NCBI GenBank assembly: GCA_964573185.1
Contig: CAZNIQ010000005.1
Location: 1-32,000 of the forward strand
Length of the DNA stretch: 32,000 nt
Reading direction: 5' to 3'
DNA from: Candidatus Woesearchaeota archaeon
Lineage (GTDB): Archaea; Nanobdellota; Nanobdellia; Nanobdellales; CAZNIQ01
In this document: positions 23,462 through 31,284 of the stretch, in pieces
Numbering within the stretch: position 1 is the stretch's first letter
Layout: each line of letters starts with the position of its first letter
Notes under the pieces: model-generated
Database searches by the model: none
The model's input: the letters and a program-made list of their open reading frames with translations, nothing else
What the model was told of the DNA's origin: nothing
Position numbers and translations under genes: made by a program

Positions 23462-23889
23462 TTTTCTGAGCCGGTGGATTTCATCACATACCTATACCAA
23501 CAAGCTGTTTCTACATCTTCATTAAAAGATAATAGAGCTCTTATGCTAAAATAAACGTTATCGGCTTTATATGTTAATTCTCTCCCTACTGCTACGAGGG
23601 ATGCTGTTAAACTATCTCTGAAAGATAATATATTATCTTCCGCTTCGTACTTTACTTTCAATCCCAAAGTTCTATCGCTATCTAAAGTCCCATCAATTTC
23701 TACATAAAGTTTATTCCCTTTCTTTTGAATTTTGATGTTCCCCTTTGATTCTAAATATGATGTAATTAGTGAATAAGGGAAATTCTTCATTAAATCTATT
23801 GCTAATACCTTAATAAATAATTCGTTTAAGAACAAGTTTATCAAATCCTCAAGGTTCTTTTTTGTACAATATAGAACTACTGAAGACAT
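23458..23889 (-). CDS. hypothetical protein
   Basis: 143-aa ORF with an ATGA overlap onto map. No family recognised. Confidence 0.4.
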   Translation of the reverse strand: MSSVVLYCTKKNLEDLINLFLNELFIKVLAIDLMKNFPYSLITSYLESKGNIKIQKKGNKLYVEIDGTLDSDRTLGLKVKYEAEDNILSFRDSLTASLVAVGRELTYKADNVYFSIRALLSFNEDVETACWYRYVMKSTGSEK

Positions 23890-23910
23890 TTATATTTTTA
23901 GGAAAAGGTA

Positions 23911-23969
23911 TTTAAATGATGACACCACCCGTGACTGAAGATGATGATATGGGCATTTGCTGAAATTTT
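23911..23969 (+). ncRNA. C/D-box sRNA (2'-O-methylation guide)
   Basis: Layout: C box AUGAUGA (23916..23922), 12-nt guide CACCACCCGUGA, D' CUGA (23935..23938), AG, C' AUGAUGA (23941..23947), 12-nt guide UAUGGGCAUUUG, D CUGA (23960..23963). This is the canonical archaeal architecture with 12-nt spacers, in an intergenic region. End positions are approximate. Confidence 0.8.
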
Positions 23970-23996
23970 AAATACAAGTTTTAACATTATATAAAA

Positions 23997-25109
23997 ATGA
24001 AAGTTACGATTTCTGTTATAAAAGCAGATATCGGTTCTTTGGTTGGGCATCATGTGGTACATCCGAAACAAGAAGAGGTTGCTAAAAAACTTTTAGAAGA
24101 AGCAAAGAAAGAAGGAAAAATTATAGATTATCATGTAACGCATGTTGGGGACGATTTAGTTTTAATTATAACACATACGAAAGGAGAAGATAATTCAGAA
24201 ATACATGGATTGGCTTGGGAGGTATTCAAGGAAGCGGCGAAAGTAGCAAAGGAATTAAAACTCTATGCTGCAGGGCAGGATTTATTATCTGATACTTTCT
24301 CAGGAAATATAAAAGGATTAGGACCAGGTGTTGCTGAAATGGAAATTACAGAAAGACCTTCCGAACCAATAATTGTGTTTGCTGCAGATAAAACTGAAGC
24401 AGGAGCATGGAATTTGCCCTTGTTCAAAATGTTTGCTGATCCTTTCAACACAGCGGGTTTAGTAATTGACCCTTCAATGCACCAAGGATTCAGATTTGAA
24501 GTTTGGGATTTAATTGAACACAAAAAAGTGATTTTATCTTGTCCTGAAGAAATGTATGATCTTTTAGCTTTAATTGGAGCACCTTCAAGATTTGCTATAA
24601 AGAGAGTTTATCCTAAGGAAGGTTCACCGATAGATCCTAATGAGCCTGTAGCTGTAGCATCGACTGAAAGAGTAAATGAGATTGCTGGTAGATATGTTGG
24701 AAAAGACGATCCTGTTTTGGTTGTAAGAGCACAGCACGGATTACCTGCTGTTGGGGAAATACTAGAAGCGTTTTCCGAACCGTGGTTAGTACCCGGTTGG
24801 ATGAGAGGATCACATTGGGGACCTTTAATGCCTGTACCTGTTAGATACGCAGCTCCTACTAGATTTGATGGGCCACCAAGGGTAATAGCATTAGGATTTC
24901 AATTAAGAAATGGTGAATTAATAGGACCAGAAGATTTATTCGATGATCCTGCGTTTGAACATGTAAGAAGAAAAGCGATGGAAATGGCTGATTATATAAG
25001 GAAGCATGGACCGTTTGAACCACACAGATTACATTTACAAGAGATGGAGTATACAACACTACCAAAGGTATTAGAAAAGTTAAAAGAGAGGTTCCAGCCT
25101 ATAGAATAA
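23997..25109 (+). CDS. fbp: fructose-1,6-bisphosphate aldolase/phosphatase (class V FBPase)
   Basis: 370 aa. MKVTISVIKADIGSLVGHHVVHP... matches the archaeal bifunctional FBP aldolase/phosphatase family along its length. TATA-like ATTTTAAATA lies about 27 nt upstream. Confidence 0.92.
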   Translation: MKVTISVIKADIGSLVGHHVVHPKQEEVAKKLLEEAKKEGKIIDYHVTHVGDDLVLIITHTKGEDNSEIHGLAWEVFKEAAKVAKELKLYAAGQDLLSDTFSGNIKGLGPGVAEMEITERPSEPIIVFAADKTEAGAWNLPLFKMFADPFNTAGLVIDPSMHQGFRFEVWDLIEHKKVILSCPEEMYDLLALIGAPSRFAIKRVYPKEGSPIDPNEPVAVASTERVNEIAGRYVGKDDPVLVVRAQHGLPAVGEILEAFSEPWLVPGWMRGSHWGPLMPVPVRYAAPTRFDGPPRVIALGFQLRNGELIGPEDLFDDPAFEHVRRKAMEMADYIRKHGPFEPHRLHLQEMEYTTLPKVLEKLKERFQPIE

Positions 25110-25185
25110 TTTTTAAATTTTATTCCTATAATGTGTTTTCGTATTGGCACAAGGTTAATATATATGTTTAACAATAATATTTAAC

Positions 25186-25677
25186 ATGACTGCTATGCTT
25201 AAAATAATTGAAGAAATCTATGGAAAAGAGGTAGCTGACATTATAAAATACATTATGGAAAAAAAGGAGGTTTCTATTGATGAGTTAGTTAAGAAGTTCG
25301 ATTTAGAACCTGCTGAAATAAGAAAAATTCTTTATGCTCTTGAAAATCTAAACATAATTAAAAGGAGAAGAATAAAAAACGGTTTATATTTGCATTATGA
25401 TTTTAAGTGGTCTGTAAACACTTCTATGCTTGAAAAGATACAAAGAAAAATAGCTGTACAACATTTACAGGAATTGAAAAGAAAGGTTCAAGAATTGCCA
25501 GATATTATTTATGAATGTCCGATCTGTGGGGTAAAGGTACCTTTCGAAGAAGCATTTGAATATGGATTTAGATGTCCTGAATGTGGAGAAATGCTAGTTC
25601 AAAAGGAAAATGAAGAAAAGAGGAGATTAATTGAAAAAATAAAAAGATTAGAAGAGGAGCTTGGAATTAGATCTTAG
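25186..25677 (+). CDS. tfe: transcription factor E (TFE, TFIIE-alpha homologue)
   Basis: 163 aa. An N-terminal winged helix (VSIDELVKKFDLEPAEIRKILYALENLNIIKRRR) is followed by the zinc ribbon CPICGVKVPFEEAFEYGFRCPECG. Confidence 0.8.
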   Translation: MTAMLKIIEEIYGKEVADIIKYIMEKKEVSIDELVKKFDLEPAEIRKILYALENLNIIKRRRIKNGLYLHYDFKWSVNTSMLEKIQRKIAVQHLQELKRKVQELPDIIYECPICGVKVPFEEAFEYGFRCPECGEMLVQKENEEKRRLIEKIKRLEEELGIRS

Positions 25678-26317
25678 ATTTTTAAGACAGAAAAATCTAG
25701 TTGATCAGAAAAAACTGGAAAGGTTAAAAGTTTGTATAGTAGGCTTGGGTGGCTTGGGATCCTTCGTTTCTTTAGAATTAGCTTATTTAGGAATAAATAA
25801 CTTAATATTAATTGATAAGGATATAGTAGATATTTCAAACTTAAATAGGCAAGTATTGTACGGTATAAAAGATATTGGTAAGAAAAAAGTTTATGTAGCT
25901 AAAGAAGAGCTAGAAAGAAGATTTCCAAATTTAAATATAGAAATTTACGATAAAGATATTAAGGAAATAAATGAATTGAGTTGTGATATTATTTTTGACT
26001 GTCTAGATAACTGGAAAGATAAATTTTACTTGGACAACCTAGCACATAAATTAGATATTCCGTTAATTCATGGAGGAGTTAGGGATTTCAAGGGACAAGT
26101 TTATTTCCACATTCCAAACAAGAATCCTTGTTTAAAAGATTTGATTAAAATAAAAGGAGAGGAAAATAATGATACTATTGTATCTGCTTGTGGTTTAGTA
26201 GCTTCTCTAATGGTACAATTATTAGTTTTGTATTTAAATGGGGAAGAAGTTTGGAAATATTTGTATCTTATAAGAAAAGATGAAATTAAAAAGATTAAAG
26301 TTAAAGAAATAAAATGA
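25661..26317 (+). CDS. E1-like adenylyltransferase (ThiF/MoeB/UbaA family), minimal form
   Basis: 218 aa. It has the Rossmann nucleotide loop VCIVGLGGLGSFVSLELAYLGINNLILIDKDIVDISNLNRQVLY and a conserved Cys context (IVSACGLVAS). TTG is the only available start upstream of the GxGxxG motif. It overlaps tfe by 17 nt. There are no CxxC zinc pairs and no rhodanese domain. Confidence 0.8.
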   Translation: MELDLRFLRQKNLVDQKKLERLKVCIVGLGGLGSFVSLELAYLGINNLILIDKDIVDISNLNRQVLYGIKDIGKKKVYVAKEELERRFPNLNIEIYDKDIKEINELSCDIIFDCLDNWKDKFYLDNLAHKLDIPLIHGGVRDFKGQVYFHIPNKNPCLKDLIKIKGEENNDTIVSACGLVASLMVQLLVLYLNGEEVWKYLYLIRKDEIKKIKVKEIK

Positions 26318-26517
26318 AAATAAAAGTTTATATTGAAAGAGAGGATAAAGAAATGGAAATAGAGTTTAATGGTAAGACTGTAAAAGATTTATTAGAATAC
26401 TTGAAACTTCCCTCTTCAGAGTTTGTTGTAATGAAAAATGGGGAAATAGTTACGGAAGACGAAGAATTAAAAGACGGAGATTATATAAAAATAATAGATG
26501 TTGTTTCTGGCGGCTAA
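26314..26517 (+). CDS. ubiquitin-like beta-grasp protein (ThiS/MoaD/SAMP/Urm1-type) ending in Gly-Gly
   Basis: 67 aa ending ...DYIKIIDVVSGG-stop. ATGA overlap with the E1-like gene. Size and C-terminal diglycine are diagnostic of the sulfur-carrier/Ubl family. Confidence 0.75.
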   Translation: MKIKVYIEREDKEMEIEFNGKTVKDLLEYLKLPSSEFVVMKNGEIVTEDEELKDGDYIKIIDVVSGG

Positions 26518-27356
26518 AATTCTATTTCTATAGGAACATTAAAACCCTCTTTTTCTACATTTAAGCCAGATAGTATTGAAGCAAATAAACCCGAAGATTC
26601 AATAGGAAATCCTTTATATCTCATACAAACGTATGTTGCCGTATAGATATCTCCAGAACCTGTAGGGTCTGTAATTTTCCTTGGCTTAAATACCGGTATT
26701 TTATATACTTTGTTTTCAGAAATTATTATAGAACCTTTTGATCCTAAAGTTATTAAAAGTTCCTTTACATATTTTGCTATTTTTTTGCCACCTTCTATTA
26801 TATCCTTTTCTCCCGATAGTATTCTTATTTCTTCTTCATTAGTTTTCAAAATATCTATGTATTCTAAAAAAGATAAATCCTTTAATGGTCTTAAAACAAC
26901 CCTACTTCCTTCCAGGTGCCTCAAATGACCTTGAATATCTAAAACAACAATGTTATCTTCTCTCTTTATTTTTTCATAAATTTCTAAAGGAATATCTGTA
27001 TTTAACAAAGGACCAAAATAGTATATCTTTGCTTTAACATTAATATCCTTTATATCAAAAGGATCGGAAATTTCTGTTACTTCTTGAATTCTTTCGTCAA
27101 CATTTTCCTTATATATATTTTTAAATGTCATTGTACCTTTAGATTCTTTCCAAAAAACATCTATCCCTTTTTCTTTTAATTCTTCAATTAAATATTTATC
27201 TTCTTCTTTTGTTTTAGTTATAACACAAACTTTTAAATTAAATTTCTTAGCTGTTAAGGAAGAATAATATACAACACCTCCTGTTTTTTGAACAACTTTT
27301 TCCTTTGTTACAATTATATCTTTTGTTATTGGGCCTATAATACATATGTCGTACAT
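26514..27356 (-). CDS. PfkB-family carbohydrate/nucleoside kinase
   Basis: 280 aa. The N-terminus reads ICIIGPITKDIIV...GGVVYYSS and the C-terminal anion-hole motif is DPTGSGDIYTATYV. Substrate cannot be assigned. Confidence 0.75.
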   Translation of the reverse strand: MYDICIIGPITKDIIVTKEKVVQKTGGVVYYSSLTAKKFNLKVCVITKTKEEDKYLIEELKEKGIDVFWKESKGTMTFKNIYKENVDERIQEVTEISDPFDIKDINVKAKIYYFGPLLNTDIPLEIYEKIKREDNIVVLDIQGHLRHLEGSRVVLRPLKDLSFLEYIDILKTNEEEIRILSGEKDIIEGGKKIAKYVKELLITLGSKGSIIISENKVYKIPVFKPRKITDPTGSGDIYTATYVCMRYKGFPIESSGLFASILSGLNVEKEGFNVPIEIEF

Positions 27357-28702
27357 TTTATTTTCTTAGAGTATTTTCTTATAAGTATTTTTGCATTCTT
27401 TATTTCTAGATCTGCTTCTTTATTTTTTAAATAAAGCAATCCATAGTTAAATCTCACATCTTTAAAGTATATAACTATTCTTTCAATTTTTACCAAGAAA
27501 TTTACAATATCGTCCTTCTTTATTTTATATTGATCAAAAACTTTATTATCTATTATATGTTGAAACGTTACATAATTTTTATCTAGGATTAATTTATATT
27601 CATGGTTGTCAACTCTCAAAGACAAAGAACCGTTGTTTGTTTTTAAAGATATTATATATCCTGAAATAGAGATATATTTTGTCTTATAAATATATCCATC
27701 GTCCGGTAAAAACCAAAAGATGGTTGGATCTTTATTGTCTATGTCAAACCCTTCATTCGTTAAACCTTTAGGAGTATAAATTCTATTTATTACGTTAAAA
27801 GTTCTAGTTTCTATTACATCTATTCTATTTTGATACTGCGCAGTACCGTATATCTTACCGTAAGAGTAATCACAATCCTGTATAGGACCCCATCCCTTTT
27901 TCTCTACAGATTTAATGAACCTTCCATCTAAAGAATAAATATATAGTTTTTCGGCGTCCCAGTTAAACAAATACAATCTTTTTTTATCAGCTGCTATTGA
28001 ACCGATATGGTCTGGAACTTCTATAAATTTCTCATATGATAAATCAGGATATACTTTTAGAATTATCGTAGGTTTTTCTACTTTAGGTTTATATTCTGCA
28101 ATTGCAACATAAAAGAATTTATTACTCTTATCATCTGATATTCCAGACACATGATATCTTGTATCAAATTTTAATTTCAATTTTCCTTCAATCTCATAAT
28201 TCTTTAAATTAAATTTAAAGATATAAGAACATTTTTTCTCCCTATCAACAGTAGCTATAAATAAATAATCTCCTAATCTAACCAAGCTTTGATTATGTCC
28301 GTACTCCCAAGGGATTTTCTCCAATATTTCTATTTTACTTCCAAAAAACAATTTTCTTTTATATTCTTTAAATTCTCCATATTCCAAAAAAGATTTAGTT
28401 TCAGAAATTTTCTCAGTTACAAATACTGTTAACTTTTCCTTAGCAGTAATCTTTCTTAGTTTAACAATAATCTTTCTTCCGTTCCAATTTTTAAAATCAA
28501 CGGGTTCTTTATTAAAATATTCGAAAGGAACAATGTTTCCGTATTCATCTATAAGGCTTATTTCCCTTTTACCATATTTCTTAATTATTTTAGAAATGTC
28601 TGTTAATACTTCTATATCTGTTTGATCGTATCTTCCAGTATTTTTGAACTCCAAGACCCCATATACTTTTACATACTTGTCTTTATATTTTAAAAAAATC
28701 AT
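27335..28702 (-). CDS. hypothetical beta-rich protein (possible beta-propeller plus C-terminal jelly-roll)
   Basis: The track ORF starts at 28756. The Met at 28702 (MIFLKYKDKYVKVYG...) gives an ATGA overlap with the upstream EamA-like gene instead of a 58-nt overlap. Short strand-like segments with Y/W/G/D turns repeat (LYLFNWDAEKLYIYSLDGRF, TIFWFLPDDGYIY). No signal peptide. No family recognised. Confidence 0.45.
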   Translation of the reverse strand: MIFLKYKDKYVKVYGVLEFKNTGRYDQTDIEVLTDISKIIKKYGKREISLIDEYGNIVPFEYFNKEPVDFKNWNGRKIIVKLRKITAKEKLTVFVTEKISETKSFLEYGEFKEYKRKLFFGSKIEILEKIPWEYGHNQSLVRLGDYLFIATVDREKKCSYIFKFNLKNYEIEGKLKLKFDTRYHVSGISDDKSNKFFYVAIAEYKPKVEKPTIILKVYPDLSYEKFIEVPDHIGSIAADKKRLYLFNWDAEKLYIYSLDGRFIKSVEKKGWGPIQDCDYSYGKIYGTAQYQNRIDVIETRTFNVINRIYTPKGLTNEGFDIDNKDPTIFWFLPDDGYIYKTKYISISGYIISLKTNNGSLSLRVDNHEYKLILDKNYVTFQHIIDNKVFDQYKIKKDDIVNFLVKIERIVIYFKDVRFNYGLLYLKNKEADLEIKNAKILIRKYSKKIKCTTYVL

Positions 28703-29115
28703 GATAAAAGAATTGCTGCCGCTACAACTAGTATAGATGCCAAAATGACTTTCCAAATTTCTACAGATTCGTGGAATAAAAGTATTGATAAAATTACAAC
28801 AAGCAAGGTGTTCATATTATATATTGGTGCCATTATTGATAGATTTAAACCTTTTCTTAAAGCATAATTGACGGCAAAGACACCTAAAAACCAAAGGACC
28901 CCGGAGATAAAAGCTAAGAAAGCATTTTTTATATTAAAATTTGTTATCGTTTCTTTTAGGAATAGAAAAGTTAATATTGAAGAAATAAATATTCCTAAGC
29001 CCATAAATAATATTGCGAGCTTTAATTCAGCTTCCTTTAGAACAGCTTTCAGGAGAATAACGTACAAAGACCAAGCTAGCATAGCAATACTACCATAAAT
29101 TATCTCCTCTTTCAT
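28699..29115 (-). CDS. single-domain EamA-like (DMT superfamily) membrane transporter
   Basis: 138 aa with 4-5 hydrophobic helices (GSIAMLAWSLYVILLK...ISGVLWFLGVFAVNYALRKGLNLSIMAPIYNMNTLLVVILSILLFHE). This resembles one EamA repeat. Confidence 0.55.
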   Translation of the reverse strand: MKEEIIYGSIAMLAWSLYVILLKAVLKEAELKLAILFMGLGIFISSILTFLFLKETITNFNIKNAFLAFISGVLWFLGVFAVNYALRKGLNLSIMAPIYNMNTLLVVILSILLFHESVEIWKVILASILVVAAAILLS

Positions 29116-29150
29116 AAATTTAATTTAGGATTTTAAATTATAAAAAAATA

Positions 29151-29651
29151 ATGGAACTTCCAATTGTTCTTGGCTGGAAGCCCAATAAGTATATAAGAAT
29201 AGATAAGTTGCCACCTTTAAAAGGGAAATTCGCAATACATTTCCACTTAGAGGAGTCCAAAGACAAAGCACATGTTAAATTAGAATATGGAAATACAGAT
29301 TACTGCTTATCTTTGTTTATTTTCGATATAAGGAAGTTTTATAAAAATGAGGATGTTAGAGTAAGGTCTTATGACCTTTGGCCAAAGGAAATTATGTTTA
29401 ATGCTTCAATAGGTAAATATGATCCTGAAACTGGAGAAATTGAAATCATAGAGAAAAGGAAAGGTTATAGAGACGATGCTATTATTGTTGATTGGGGAAA
29501 CTATAAATTAGAAAACGCTATTATTGAATTCGATTTTGAAACAAGAGAATTAAAGTTAAAATATAAGATAGAGTTTTATAGAGAAGTCAGATATTATTCC
29601 CCAAAGTATGGATATTCTGTAAGATCAGAATATATATTTAGAAAGGTTTAA
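29151..29651 (+). CDS. hypothetical protein
   Basis: 166-aa ORF, predicted soluble and beta-rich. No family recognised. It is the first of three co-directional ORFs. Confidence 0.4.
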   Translation: MELPIVLGWKPNKYIRIDKLPPLKGKFAIHFHLEESKDKAHVKLEYGNTDYCLSLFIFDIRKFYKNEDVRVRSYDLWPKEIMFNASIGKYDPETGEIEIIEKRKGYRDDAIIVDWGNYKLENAIIEFDFETRELKLKYKIEFYREVRYYSPKYGYSVRSEYIFRKV

Positions 29652-29676
29652 TAATTTAGGAAAATAGTTTATTTTT

Positions 29677-30393
29677 ATGTTATTATCTAAAGAAAAATTT
29701 GTATTAGCTGGTATTTTAAGCATAGTTCTCGTTTATACGGTTTTTGCATCAATAAATATTATTGGAACATTATATGTAAGTGAAATATGTTTGAATGGAA
29801 AGTGCATACAGGATTGGAAAAATATAACACATCCATTAGAAAAGAAAATCAATGAATTGAGCAGAAAAATAGAGGAATTAAATAAATCCGTTAGAAAGAT
29901 AAATATTATTTTAGAACAGGGGACAGGACTTGCTATTCTTAAATCCTGGGATCAATGTTATGATGGGAAATATGTAAGATCACCCTATTGTGTTGGAGCG
30001 GTACCTCCTGTGTGCAGTCCTTATGCGATGTTAGATTTAGGAAGCATAAAGCATATTACTAAAATAAGAATTGTTGCTTCAGCAGGGAATAACTGCTGCT
30101 GTGGTTTCTGTATAGACATGTGCCCAACAGGGTATAATCAAGGAGGTTATGTTCCAATAGCAATAATGTACTCTACTGATGGTAAGAATTGGAAATACGT
30201 TCCTGTACTAAGTATTACTGGAGGTGGGAGGAAATGCTTTGAAGGACAAGTGCAGACAGTCCCTTGCTGTGAATTCAAAGAAATAAACATCACCACAGAT
30301 ATATACGCAAGATATATAATAGTTGGAAGAGGAAGTGGATGGGGTCCTGCTAGAGGAGAAGTATTAATAGACTGTGTCCAAGCTCTCTCCTAA
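29677..30393 (+). CDS. membrane-anchored cysteine-rich protein with C-terminal discoidin/galactose-binding-like domain
   Basis: 238 aa. An N-terminal hydrophobic anchor (FVLAGILSIVLVYTVFA) is followed by a short coiled coil and a domain with 14 Cys (NNCCCGFCIDMC, VPCC). It also has a pattern reminiscent of F5/8-type-C domains (ITKIRIVAS...IAIMYSTDGKNWKYVPV...ARYIIV) and N-x-S/T sequons. Confidence 0.5.
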   Translation: MLLSKEKFVLAGILSIVLVYTVFASINIIGTLYVSEICLNGKCIQDWKNITHPLEKKINELSRKIEELNKSVRKINIILEQGTGLAILKSWDQCYDGKYVRSPYCVGAVPPVCSPYAMLDLGSIKHITKIRIVASAGNNCCCGFCIDMCPTGYNQGGYVPIAIMYSTDGKNWKYVPVLSITGGGRKCFEGQVQTVPCCEFKEINITTDIYARYIIVGRGSGWGPARGEVLIDCVQALS

Positions 30394-30880
30394 AACCTTC
30401 ATATTTTTGATACTTCTGATTATTTTTATACTTTATATAGTCTTTAAACCGAAAATTATTGAAAATAGATATTTTAAGATAGTTTATGGGAAAAATGATT
30501 TATCTAAATTAGCAAAAGAAAAAAATTGTATTTTTATAAAGAAATATGATCTCGTGGCTTGTAGCAAAAACAACCAAACAATATATTACTTTAAAGACCG
30601 TACGATGTATATTAAAAACTTTCCAGAAATACCAGATAACATAGAAAAAGTATTAATTAAATATGGAAAAATTTTATTTGCTTACAAAGAATGGGCAAGT
30701 ACTATAAAGATCAAATATCTAAACTTAAACAAAACTGCTATATTAAAAAAGATGGCTTTGGATATAATCGATATAAACAAGATGAAAAATTGTACTGTAA
30801 TAATAGTATCTTTAAAAGAAAAATATGGAAAGCTTTTAGAGATAAATGAATGCAATAAAACCTTAACTTTAGTAACTTAA
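30374..30880 (+). CDS. hypothetical membrane-anchored protein with multiple N-glycosylation sequons
   Basis: GTG start overlapping the previous ORF by 20 nt. The N-terminal anchor is TFIFLILLIIFILYIVF. The ectodomain has sequons NQT, NKT, NCT and NKT. Confidence 0.4.
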   Translation: MSKLSPKTFIFLILLIIFILYIVFKPKIIENRYFKIVYGKNDLSKLAKEKNCIFIKKYDLVACSKNNQTIYYFKDRTMYIKNFPEIPDNIEKVLIKYGKILFAYKEWASTIKIKYLNLNKTAILKKMALDIIDINKMKNCTVIIVSLKEKYGKLLEINECNKTLTLVT

Positions 30881-31174
30881 CTCCTCAAGTAGCTCTATCA
30901 AGGTTCTAATCTGTTCTCTTGTTAGATATCTTATTTTTACATCTTCTTTTACCTCAAATATTATTCTTTCTATTGGTGATTCATCAGAAAATTTTGCTTT
31001 TAAAATATAGGACTCTCCTTCCATAGCTATCTCTATTCTTATTGGTCTGTACTTTTGCAGAATTTCATAAACTTTTTTATCCAATTTTTCTTTAGAATAT
31101 TCTACTAACGCTCTATAGACATTAAATAACGCTTCAGCAGAGGTCTTAAGTATATATTTTATATCTTCTGACAT
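30869..31174 (-). CDS. hypothetical protein
   Basis: 101-aa ORF. TATA-like CTTTTAAAGATTT lies about 24 nt upstream, immediately after the D box of the adjacent sRNA. No family recognised. Confidence 0.4.
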   Translation of the reverse strand: MSEDIKYILKTSAEALFNVYRALVEYSKEKLDKKVYEILQKYRPIRIEIAMEGESYILKAKFSDESPIERIIFEVKEDVKIRYLTREQIRTLIELLEELSY

Positions 31175-31202
31175 GTTCCTAGAAAAAGTGAAATCTTTAA
31201 AA

Positions 31203-31260
31203 GTTTTTCAGAACGCTTGCCCATCATCATTCTCAGATAGGACGGCCTTCATCATTAAAA
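31203..31260 (-). ncRNA. C/D-box sRNA (2'-O-methylation guide); D' guide complementary to the 5S rRNA in this window
   Basis: The minus strand reads UUUUA AUGAUGA AGGCCGUCCUAU CUGA GA AUGAUGA UGGGCAAGCGUU CUGA AAAAAC. Boxes: C 31249..31255, D' 31233..31236, C' 31224..31230, D 31208..31211. Both guides are 12 nt, and the U/A termini can pair. Confidence 0.85.
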
Positions 31261-31284
31261 ATAGTTTTGAATTAAAGATAAAAT

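Noticed and set aside
24263-25174. Minus-strand ORFs 24263..24523, 24859..25065 and 24992..25174
   Set aside because: The first two are antisense to fbp. The third spans the fbp 3' end and the AT-rich tfe promoter region. None has supporting features.
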